From the NCBI GenBank assembly GCA_963736185.1, contig CAVTNZ010000011.1, positions 4,912 to 68,911 on the forward strand: a stretch of DNA of 64,000 nucleotides. Reading direction: 5' to 3'. This DNA comes from an uncultured Gammaproteobacteria bacterium (GTDB lineage Bacteria; Pseudomonadota; Gammaproteobacteria; Steroidobacterales; Steroidobacteraceae). This document shows positions 18,834 through 26,851 of the stretch, piece by piece (the stretch's first letter is position 1; the number at the start of each line of letters is the position of its first letter). A model generated the notes under the pieces. It saw only the letters and a program-made list of their open reading frames with translations, did not search any database and was not told the origin of the DNA. Both the position numbers and the translations under genes were made by a program.

Positions 18834-19664
18834 ATGGCTGCCTACACCACGGAACGCGTTCTCGAGGTAAGACACTGGAGTGAACGGCTGTTCAGTTTCA
18901 AGACCACGCGCGGCACCGGCCTGCGCTTCGAGAACGGGCAGTTTCTCATGCTCGGGCTGGAGGTGGACGGCCGCAGGATCGTGCGCGCGTACAGCATCGC
19001 AAGCGCCAACTACGAGGAGCATCTGGAGTTCTACAGCATCAAGGTGCCCGGCGGCCCGCTGACCTCGAGGCTGCAACACATCGAGCGCGGCTCGGGCCTG
19101 CTGATGAGCACCAAGCCGACCGGCACGCTGGTGCTTCGCGATCTCAGGCCCGGAAGGCGGTTGATCATGCTCGCCACCGGCACCGGCATCGCCCCGTTCG
19201 TCGGCATCGCCAAGGACCCCGATACGTACGAGCGCTTCGAACAGGTCATCCTGCTGCGCGGCGCCAGGACCAACGCCGATCTCGCCTACGGCGACAACGT
19301 CATCGGCAGGCTTCGCGGCGATGAATACCTGGGCGAAACGGTGCGCGAGCGGCTCCTCGACTACCCGACCGTCACGCGTGACATCGGCCGCAACCGCGGT
19401 CGCGTCACCACCGCGGTCGAAACCGGGCGGGTGTTCACCGATCTTGGAGTCGGCCCTCTCGATCCACTCAACGACCGATTCATGATCTGCGGGAACATGC
19501 GCATGCTCACCGATTCGACGGCGCTCCTCGAGGCGAGGGGATTTGCGCCATCGCCGCAAATCGGCGTGCCGGGCGACTATCTGGTGGAACGCGCGTTCGT
19601 CGAGTCGCTCGACGTCGCGGCGCCCCGGGGCGGACAACCGGCGGCCACGGCCGCGGCCGGGTAG
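18834..19664 (+). CDS. fpr: ferredoxin--NADP(+) reductase
   Basis: 276 aa: RAYSIAS (FAD RxYS motif), LIMLATGTGIAPF (NADP motif). The N-terminus VLEVRHWSERLFSFKTTR is like bacterial Fpr. Confidence 0.85.
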   Translation: MAAYTTERVLEVRHWSERLFSFKTTRGTGLRFENGQFLMLGLEVDGRRIVRAYSIASANYEEHLEFYSIKVPGGPLTSRLQHIERGSGLLMSTKPTGTLVLRDLRPGRRLIMLATGTGIAPFVGIAKDPDTYERFEQVILLRGARTNADLAYGDNVIGRLRGDEYLGETVRERLLDYPTVTRDIGRNRGRVTTAVETGRVFTDLGVGPLDPLNDRFMICGNMRMLTDSTALLEARGFAPSPQIGVPGDYLVERAFVESLDVAAPRGGQPAATAAAG

Positions 19665-19666
19665 GC

Positions 19667-21463
19667 TCAGGCCAGCGTCAGCAGGCGCACCCGTCCGTAA
19701 CTCTTCGGAAGGCTCGTCGTCCCCACATACGAACACCGGGCGTCCACGGCCCCCTCCAGACTCAGCCGGGCGGCACACGGCTCGGTCACGAACACCCCGC
19801 CCGGGGGGGCCACCGGCACTATCCGGGCCGCGAACGACAGCTGCGGTCCGAAGATCGAGGGTGTTCCCTCGACCGGGTCCACACCGCGATCGGCGGCGCC
19901 GTAGTGAACCGCGATCCGGAACGACAGACGCCGCCCCGGCTCGAGCTCCTCGGAGAGCTTCGCCGTCGCCGCCTGGATCTCGAGCGCCGCCGCCGCGGCG
20001 TCGCCGGCCGTGCGAAAAACGGCATGCACGGCATCCCCCCAGGTCTTGCGAAGCACGATGGACGCGGAATGTCGGCGCAGCACCTCGGCCGCCGTCCTCG
20101 GCAGCAGTTCCGTCCAGTAGCGCCGCGTATCGGCGGCGTTCAGGGATGAATAGCTGACCGCGTCGGCGAACAAGAACCCGTAGCGCGTGCGCCGCTCGCA
20201 GCCCTGCGACCGGGTGTCGATCGCCGCGCGGATTCGCCGGCGATCCGGATGTCGATCGACCTGCCAGCCGCCGCCGGAGGGGGCAAGCACCATCCACGGC
20301 GCGCTCAGCGCATCGGCGTGGCTGAGCGATAATCCGAGCGCCGACTCCGCACAGGTGATTTCGTGATCGTCGCCCTCATCGAGCAGCAGACTCGACCAGG
20401 TGTAGGAGCCCTCGTCACCGGACGCATCGCGGGTTTGGGCCGTGGTCCGCGCCGACCCCGAGGGATCATCCCGTGCCGTTGCGTGGATCACGTGCAGTTG
20501 GATCCCGCGGGCCGTCAGATCCCGCCACCCGCCGTCCGCACCGTCGCCGACGCAATAGACGAGTGCCGGCCGATCGGAATCGTCCAGATCCTCGGCGGTT
20601 TCGAACGGCGCGGACCGCTGATCGGCGCAAAGCAGCAGTCCCACGGGGGGCCGATACCAGCCCTCGATGAGATCCGCACATTCCGGACGCACGGAGCACA
20701 GCCGCCGCATTTGCAGGAAGGTTCTCGATCGAGCCCAGGAGTTCTGGCGGCACAGGGGATTCGCGCGCAGCACCGCGCTCTGCAGGAGCGCCCGGTCCCC
20801 GAGCACCAACGCCGCTTCCGCGAGCGTGGCCCAGTGAAAGTACGCCGCCTCCTCCTCGCCGGGCGCGTTGAGCTCGGTGACCCGCCGGGTCACCGAGCTT
20901 GCCAGACGGATCGCCCTCGAGGCATCGCCCGCGAGAGCCCAGAGCAATGCCGCGTTCTGAAGGCTGTACGTGCCGTCCGTCCGCGATGCCACCCGCTCAT
21001 AGGCCTCCGCCGCCCGGGTCAGCAGCAGCCCCGCATCCGCGCGGCGGGTGAACGCCAGATCCTTCAGCAACCGCGCCTCGAGCGCGGCGAAATCCTCGTG
21101 CGGATTGCCCCCCAGGGAAGTGGCACGAAACGCTTCGAGCGCCGCCTCCGTCGAGCCGCACGATGCGAGCGCGAGCACCGACAGGTACGCAAGCGCCTGC
21201 GAATCGGGGAACCTGCGCAGCGACTCCTGCGCGCGATCGAATGCCGCGACGAAGTTGCCGGTTCGCTGCAGGCGCCAGGCGGAGGCCAGCGCAACGCGCT
21301 CGTCTTGCGTCGGATCGATGGACAAGGGGCCGCTCCTCGGGGAAGTCGCAGCGTACAGCGGCAGGCCGCTTTTCGCATCACCGCCCCGAAGGGCCGGGCT
21401 GGGTGGCGCCGGATTGCGTCGCATCGGTCCCGGTGACCGATGCGACGTGCACCCGGACATCAA
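19667..21463 (-). CDS. multidomain class III adenylate/guanylate cyclase with a long helical-repeat (TPR-like) N-terminal region
   Basis: 598-aa ORF. The C-terminal ~190 aa carry FLFADAVSYSSL, KTWGDAVHAVF, RIAVHYGAA and GPQLSFAARI. The N-terminal ~270 aa are helical repeats. The start is uncertain: Met at 21463 overlaps the urcA-like stop, and an alternative is MRRNPAP at ~21424. Confidence 0.7.
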   Translation of the reverse strand: MMSGCTSHRSPGPMRRNPAPPSPALRGGDAKSGLPLYAATSPRSGPLSIDPTQDERVALASAWRLQRTGNFVAAFDRAQESLRRFPDSQALAYLSVLALASCGSTEAALEAFRATSLGGNPHEDFAALEARLLKDLAFTRRADAGLLLTRAAEAYERVASRTDGTYSLQNAALLWALAGDASRAIRLASSVTRRVTELNAPGEEEAAYFHWATLAEAALVLGDRALLQSAVLRANPLCRQNSWARSRTFLQMRRLCSVRPECADLIEGWYRPPVGLLLCADQRSAPFETAEDLDDSDRPALVYCVGDGADGGWRDLTARGIQLHVIHATARDDPSGSARTTAQTRDASGDEGSYTWSSLLLDEGDDHEITCAESALGLSLSHADALSAPWMVLAPSGGGWQVDRHPDRRRIRAAIDTRSQGCERRTRYGFLFADAVSYSSLNAADTRRYWTELLPRTAAEVLRRHSASIVLRKTWGDAVHAVFRTAGDAAAAALEIQAATAKLSEELEPGRRLSFRIAVHYGAADRGVDPVEGTPSIFGPQLSFAARIVPVAPPGGVFVTEPCAARLSLEGAVDARCSYVGTTSLPKSYGRVRLLTLA

Positions 21464-21831
21464 TGCAACGCGGCGACACTGATCGCTTTCACGCCATTGC
21501 GGCTGTCGTACAGGTGTGTGAGGCGCGCATTGTTGATGGCTCGCACGCCCGATGCGACCGCCCTGTCGACACAGGCCTTCACCGGCGCGGCCATGGCCAG
21601 CGGCTCCAGCCCTTGATAACCGCAGACCTGCTCCGCCGCCTCGCGGATGCGGTTGTAAAGAACCGTGACACCCTTCTGGCTGTTCAGATCGAGATCGGCA
21701 TAGCGGACTGTGCGGCTGGGGACATCATTGGCCTCCCCCGCATTCGCACCGAAAGCCACCGTGGACAGACCGAGGGCCACGACGGCGGCCAGGGCGATGT
21801 GTTTGGCGTTGTTGAGAGCGTTGGTTTTCAT
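21460..21831 (-). CDS. UrcA-family secreted protein
   Basis: ORF 21460-21906, with the start placed at MKTNALNN (21831). It has a signal peptide ending AFGANA. VRYADLDLNSQKGVTVLYNRIREAAEQVC matches the UrcA-family core as I recall it. Confidence 0.68.
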   Translation of the reverse strand: MKTNALNNAKHIALAAVVALGLSTVAFGANAGEANDVPSRTVRYADLDLNSQKGVTVLYNRIREAAEQVCGYQGLEPLAMAAPVKACVDRAVASGVRAINNARLTHLYDSRNGVKAISVAALH

Positions 21832-21956
21832 GACTGGCTCCTTGAAGTGAATGATTTGTCGTCGAGGGTCATGTTGGGCGCCTGGCCGCCATTCTTCTGT
21901 CAACACACGGACACAAGCCGTACAATTTCCGGCGCAACGAAGATCAGAGGTGCGTC

Positions 21957-22655
21957 TTGGCGATCACCGTCAGTACCGTGCTGGGGCGCAATTCGCTGTT
22001 TCGCGGCCTGTCGGCCGCGACCCTCGAGCAGGTCGGCCGCCTCTGCACGCGGCATTTCTATTCGCGGGACGCGGTCATCTTTTCCCAATCGGATCCGGGC
22101 GATGCGCTGTTTGGGGTCATCACCGGGCGGGTGCGGATCAGTGCGAGCAGCGCCGGCGGGCGCGAGGTGTTCCTCAACATCATGGAGCCCGGCGATACGT
22201 TCGGCGAAATTGCATTGCTCGACGGGCGTCCGCGCACGGCGGCCGCGATCGCCATGGCGCCGTCGGAGCTGTTCGTCGTCCAACGTGGACAGTTCCTGCG
22301 GCTGCTCGCGAACGAACCCGTGCTGACGGATCACCTGCTGCGATTGCTGTGCGCGCGGCTTCGATGGGTCAGCGGCTTCGCGGAGGAGTCGGCCCTGCTG
22401 TCGGTGCCGGCGCGGCTCGCGCGGCGGCTGCTATCGCTCGGCCGGCTGCACGGACGCGACACCGGCGGGGGAATCGAACTGAAGGTATCGCAGGATGAAA
22501 TGGCGCGCTTCCTGGGGCTGTCCCGCCAGATCGTCAATCAACATCTGCAGAGCTGGAAGGCGCGGCGGTGGGTGGGCCTGGGCCGCGGCAAAATCACGAT
22601 CTTGGACGCCCTCGCGCTCGATGCGGTGGTCGCGGGCGAGCAATCCGCGATCTGA
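21957..22655 (+). CDS. Crp/Fnr-family transcriptional regulator (cNMP-binding domain + HTH)
   Basis: 232 aa, with a TTG start per the track. cNMP-binding barrel FGEIALLDGRPRTAAAIA and C-terminal HTH SQDEMARFLGLSRQIVNQHLQ. Confidence 0.85.
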   Translation: MAITVSTVLGRNSLFRGLSAATLEQVGRLCTRHFYSRDAVIFSQSDPGDALFGVITGRVRISASSAGGREVFLNIMEPGDTFGEIALLDGRPRTAAAIAMAPSELFVVQRGQFLRLLANEPVLTDHLLRLLCARLRWVSGFAEESALLSVPARLARRLLSLGRLHGRDTGGGIELKVSQDEMARFLGLSRQIVNQHLQSWKARRWVGLGRGKITILDALALDAVVAGEQSAI

Positions 22656-22685
22656 GGTTTTGACGGCCGCGGTCCGCAGGCCGCC

Positions 22686-23249
22686 TCAATGGCCGAGCAC
22701 GATGTCCTGCGATTTCACCACCCGCGCGATCTGCGGAAATATATTGTCCACGGCAAAGGCGTGTAGCGGCGCCGAACGCGAGGTGGTCACGTCTTCCGCG
22801 ATGACCACGTGGTAGGACAGCTCCCAGGCCGAGCGCGCAGTGGATTCCACGCCAAAGTTGGTCGCAATGCCGCCGAGAACCACCGTGCGAATTCCACGGC
22901 GGCGCAGCTGCAGGTCGAGATCCGTTCCCGTGAACGCCCCCCAATGATGTTTCAAAACGACGAGGTCTCCCTCCTGCTTCAAGCCCTCCACGATCTCCAT
23001 GAACGAAGCCGGCGTGGCCTCCTTCGGGAGGGTGGACTTGTCGACCGAGCTCGAGGGAATCTCGGCGCGGTCGCGAAACCCGACGTGCACCAGCACGACG
23101 AGCGCGCCCGCCGCGCGGAAGCGACTTGCCAATTGCTTCGCGCCCGCCACCACCTCGGCGGCGGGGCGGGGAGCTTTGTCGCCCGCGACGATTCCATTTT
23201 GCAGGTCGATGAGAACGAGCGCCGTGGTGGCGGGATCGAGGGTGGGCAT
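22686..23249 (-). CDS. isochorismatase/cysteine-hydrolase-fold protein
   Basis: ORF 22686-23288, with the start placed at MPTLDPATTALVLIDLQNG (23249). The region where the nucleophile Cys usually sits reads GGIATNFGVEST, so catalytic status is unclear. Confidence 0.75.
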   Translation of the reverse strand: MPTLDPATTALVLIDLQNGIVAGDKAPRPAAEVVAGAKQLASRFRAAGALVVLVHVGFRDRAEIPSSSVDKSTLPKEATPASFMEIVEGLKQEGDLVVLKHHWGAFTGTDLDLQLRRRGIRTVVLGGIATNFGVESTARSAWELSYHVVIAEDVTTSRSAPLHAFAVDNIFPQIARVVKSQDIVLGH

Positions 23250-23363
23250 GAGAACTCCTGTGCTTCGAGCAGTTTGAGCGACTCGCAATCATTGTCCCAT
23301 CGGGAGGCAGATGTGGTCGGACCATGCCTGCATGCTCTTGTAGGCATAATCGCTCGAAGTGCA

Positions 23364-23383
23364 GACGTTTCCGCGGAAACGTC
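23364..23383. promoter_or_regulatory. 20-bp perfect palindrome GACGTTTCCGCGGAAACGTC in an AT-richer intergenic region
   Basis: Read directly. It lies 115 bp upstream of the isochorismatase-like start (23249) and 133 bp downstream of the stop of the 23516-23827 gene. Confidence 0.3.
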
Positions 23384-23515
23384 GACTAAGGTGAATTATC
23401 TAATAGATGTTTCAACGTATTGATTTGGTACAATTTAAACTCGATACGGGGCGACAGAATCGGCCTGGGTCACCAGCACGAACCAGAGCAAATCGAGCGG
23501 CTGATCGAGCTCGGT

Positions 23516-23827
23516 TCAGGACGCCGGATCCTTCGATCCGCGCGACGTCCCCGCCACATAGCGCCGCTCCCCGGTGTCGGGATCGAATAGCACTTCCACG
23601 GGGTCGCCGCTCGACGGGTCGATGAATTGCTCACCGGTCCTCTGCCAGGGGCCGTCGAGAGGCTTCTCGATGCGGCGGTATCGCCAGCGCTCGAACACCG
23701 TGCCGACGAGTACGATCACGCCGAGGGTCAGCGCCTGCCAGCCGGGCGCGTGCACTCCGCAGGCGATCAGCGCCGCGCCGATGCACGCGAGGATCGCGGC
23801 CGCCACTATCACCACGGTCCGCAACAC
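23516..23827 (-). CDS. hypothetical small membrane protein
   Basis: 103 aa with two hydrophobic helices followed by a charged tail. It starts 3 nt after the ybjQ stop, so it is probably co-transcribed. No family recognised. Confidence 0.5.
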   Translation of the reverse strand: MLRTVVIVAAAILACIGAALIACGVHAPGWQALTLGVIVLVGTVFERWRYRRIEKPLDGPWQRTGEQFIDPSSGDPVEVLFDPDTGERRYVAGTSRGSKDPAS

Positions 23828-23829
23828 GC

Positions 23830-24153
23830 TCAGGCCGCCGGTTCCAACACCACCGCCGTGCCGTACGCGACGATCTCACTCATGGTCTGCCCGATCTCGG
23901 CCGAATCGAACCGCATCATGACGACGGCATTGGCATGCATGAGGTTCGCGTTGCGGACCATCCGGTCGACCGCATGGCGCCGGGCCTCCTCGAGCAATTG
24001 GGTGTACTCCGTGATTTCGCCACCGACGATCGAGCGCAGCCCCGCCATGATGTTGCCGCCGAGCCCGCGGCTCCTGACAACCACGCCGAAGACCTGACCC
24101 TTGACCTCGCGTACACGATGTCCCGGCACATTTTCTGTCGTCACGACAAGCAT
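23830..24153 (-). CDS. ybjQ: YbjQ/UPF0145 family protein
   Basis: 107 aa. GNIMAGLRSIVGGEITEYTQLLEEARRHAVDRMVRNA...ANAVVMMRFD fits the YbjQ family. Confidence 0.85.
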   Translation of the reverse strand: MLVVTTENVPGHRVREVKGQVFGVVVRSRGLGGNIMAGLRSIVGGEITEYTQLLEEARRHAVDRMVRNANLMHANAVVMMRFDSAEIGQTMSEIVAYGTAVVLEPAA

Positions 24154-24485
24154 GATGGCTCCGCCAGCGTTGGAAACGAAACGGTTTTCGGAAGCCTACG
24201 GGATCCGACCGTGCCTGACGGTGCCTCAGTTCACGAAAATATCATAATTGATTGATTTTGCTGATAACTTAGGCGGGAAGCGGGTCGGGCGACCCACCAC
24301 CTGAAGGGCTAAGGAGAATGCCCGTAACCGGCCGCCCGCGGCTTGCAGCACGCTGCATGAGAATCGTGGTCCAGTCAGGATTTACAGGGGCGTGCTATGA
24401 TCCGTCGCGGCGCTTGTACTAGGGGCAGCTCTGCTGTCCGTCCTCGGAATCACTGTTTCGCCTATTAGACACCGGCGGGGTACTT

Positions 24486-24815
24486 GTGGTCGACGAGAAC
24501 TCGATTGATACCGCGGAGCGGCTAGACGCTGCGATGGCGATCCAACGGTCGATACGAATTGCAGATTTTCGCCGTCGCATTACGGATAGAAGCTATTTAT
24601 CGTACGCACTCTTGGGATTGGCGTTTCTTCTCCAGCTAGTCGCAGTTGTGGTGGACCATTTCGCGCATGCTTCGATTGCCGTCGTAACTATCTTGCCCGC
24701 GTTGATCATCGTATTAACGGCTCGCGCGTCGCGTCGTCGATATGCGCAACGTCGGCTTGACACTTATCTGCGAAGTCAACCGTCGTCCGGTCCCTTCTTT
24801 CCGCGGGTCAGATAA
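24486..24815 (+). CDS. hypothetical membrane protein
   Basis: 109-aa ORF (GTG start) with two hydrophobic helices (YALLGLAFLLQLVAVVV, IAVVTILPALIIVLTA). No family recognised. Confidence 0.4.
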   Translation: MVDENSIDTAERLDAAMAIQRSIRIADFRRRITDRSYLSYALLGLAFLLQLVAVVVDHFAHASIAVVTILPALIIVLTARASRRRYAQRRLDTYLRSQPSSGPFFPRVR

Positions 24816-25174
24816 TCAGGAGCGTCTTAGCTTCCTGTTTTTTCCTAGTTCCGGCGGTCGTTGCAGGGACAAGAAGGTGGGGTTGGCCATTACATCAGAT
24901 GCTGGTGGAAGCAGCGCTGCTGCTGCCGATTGTTGCGTATGTCCTGTTGAGGCTTTGGTTCGGCTACCGGAGCGGCGGGCATCGATAGACTCTTCCAGCA
25001 CTCCGCTCAATCACACGTTTCAAGTTACCGCTATCCTGCTGGCGGAGCTCGCAGTGCTGCGATCAACCCTATGCCGGGCACATCCGGGAACGATCGTGTT
25101 CAATCGGTGATTAAATCCTTCCCATAAATAACCGAAAACGTGCGAGTTACTCAGACGGTGGGTACGTTTCGCAG

Positions 25175-25759
25175 ATGAACCGGAAAAAAAACGACTGCTT
25201 ATCGACGCGTCTCGCTATTGCGATTTGCGGAACCCTTTTAGTCTGCTGCGGTTGCGAAAAGCGCGGACAACCGGCCCTCCAACCTTTTGTGGGGGCTCTG
25301 GGTAATGTATGGCCGCGAGCCAATTCTGATCTTGGGTTGACAATCGAGGCGCGAGATACAAGCGGGAAGATCATCTTGCATTGTGTACTAAAAAACACCT
25401 CCCTGGCCCAGGTACCGGTGGTGTTTGACGAATCCACGCTTCCGTGGAAAACGCGGGGAAAGCTAGGGATTACCGCCATCACCGCTAACGGGAAGATATT
25501 TTCTCAGCCACCGCCCTCGCCGGAAACTGCGAGCATAGGACCTCCAAGCAAGCTGGTGGCATTGAAAGTTGGTGATTCGCTGGAAGGAGATATTGATCTA
25601 TCCTCCTTAGAAATTGGGCGGTTGCCAAAAGGCGAAGACATTGCCCTTGTGTGGTCATTCTGGCTCGGAATCAAAGGTGAAGATCAAGCGCCGTACTTTT
25701 TTGGTGCGGCAGTAAATCCATTCTTTAGCGGCGTTGCCTTTTTTAAGAAGACAACGTAG
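25175..25759 (+). CDS. hypothetical secreted protein / possible lipoprotein
   Basis: 194 aa with the N-terminal signal-like segment LAIAICGTLLVCCGC (non-canonical lipobox). The rest looks beta-rich. No family recognised. Confidence 0.5.
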   Translation: MNRKKNDCLSTRLAIAICGTLLVCCGCEKRGQPALQPFVGALGNVWPRANSDLGLTIEARDTSGKIILHCVLKNTSLAQVPVVFDESTLPWKTRGKLGITAITANGKIFSQPPPSPETASIGPPSKLVALKVGDSLEGDIDLSSLEIGRLPKGEDIALVWSFWLGIKGEDQAPYFFGAAVNPFFSGVAFFKKTT

Positions 25760-25851
25760 GCACAGAACGGATGGAGAAAGGGAGAAAACATTGCGCAATG
25801 TAATTTGAACGATTGTGGTTGCACAAGAAATAAAAATAAGGGTCGTAGCCG

Positions 25852-26851
25852 TCAGTCGCGGAATGCCCTGACCTGAGCGTCCCGCCCCGGCTGCGTCCAG
25901 AATTCCGGCGTCAATCCGATCGGCGGTTCGGTTGGGATTGGCGTGGCGCGTCGCTGGAACGTGCGACGTACGGCTTCGACCAGTGCCGCCCGGTCGAAGT
26001 GTTCGGTGCGGGCCAGGTAGTCAATGTCAAAGAAATCCTTGATGCGGCTGTTGCGGATCCCCAGCGAGACAATGGCCTCGAGCTTCTCGGCGATGACGGT
26101 CTCCGGCCGATATGCGCGGATCAACGCCGCGGGATCGCCGAGGACAGCGGGGTACTCCATCTCCTCGGCCTGTGGCCAAACGGCATCGCCGAATCCAATA
26201 TCGGATCTGCAGCTGCTCGTGGATGGTGCCGAGTCGAGCACCGAACACGACCCTACTAACGCCCGAGTATTCGTCCTGGGCGCGGATTGGCTCGATAGCG
26301 ATGCTCGATGAATCGAACCTGATCCCATCATCATCAACGTCGGTGTTACAAATGCTGGCGATGTCGCGGCGCACGGATTCCGTGTCGCTGCTGCCATATG
26401 CGAGCAGATCGAGGTCGAGCTTCGACCGATAGGGCTGATCCGCCCACAGCCGCAGAAGCATCGCTCCCTTGAGCACGAATCGCTCGCGCACCGGTGAACG
26501 CCCGAGGCGATAGAGAAAGCGCTCGAAGAAGTAGTTTCGAAGCGTGATTTGGAAGTCCTCGCCGCGTTGGCGCGCGAGGTTGAGCAGGCGCGCTCGGACG
26601 GAAGCCGCGCGATCTCGTGTTCCCTTACTCTTCAACCCGCCGCTTCCAGGTAGGGTCGCATCACGTTCGAGACCCCGGCAAACCTTCGCGAAACGCCACA
26701 GCGCGTCGGCGCCGCGCGGATGCTGCTTGAGGTAATCCTTCAGCGCTTCCCTTAGGGCCTGAAGAGATTTGGATTTCCCTGAACATCTCTGGACGCGCCC
26801 GGATCGAAGGTGCGCGAATATTGATTCGCGAACTTGGCGCCGAATCGTCAA
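25852..26851 (-). pseudogene. AbiEii/AbiGii-type nucleotidyltransferase toxin gene, frameshifted (near 26200-26206)
   Basis: ORF 26027-26851 contains ASVRARLLNLARQRGEDFQITLRNYFFERFLYRLGRSPVRERFVLKGAMLLRLW and ...DEYSGVSRVVFGARLGTIHEQLQI. ORF 25852-26397 continues in another frame with (D)IGFGDAVWPQ...VIAEKLEAIV...IKDFFDIDYL. One extra base in ...CAGATC-C-GATATTGGATTC... explains the shift. The first ~80 codons are not AbiEii-like. Confidence 0.72.

Noticed and set aside
19667-21463. Reading the cyclase as a Pycsar/CBASS-type defence cyclase
   Set aside because: No adjacent effector is present (no TIR, TM, patatin or endonuclease gene carrying a cNMP/CDN sensor). The neighbours are a secreted UrcA-family protein and a Crp-type transcription factor. 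The region has host-like G+C, so ordinary signalling is more likely.
24155-24485. Search for an att repeat, small RNA or riboswitch at the left island border
   Set aside because: I saw only short hairpins or palindromes (for example TGCAGCACGCTGCA). There is no copy of the tRNA-Lys 3' end and no motif I can name, so the evidence is insufficient to call a feature.
24742-25110. 122-aa plus-strand ORF and 64-aa minus-strand ORF in the island's left spacer
   Set aside because: They overlap each other, have no RBS or motifs, and show odd composition (runs of Ser/Ala/Cys). They are not supported as genes.
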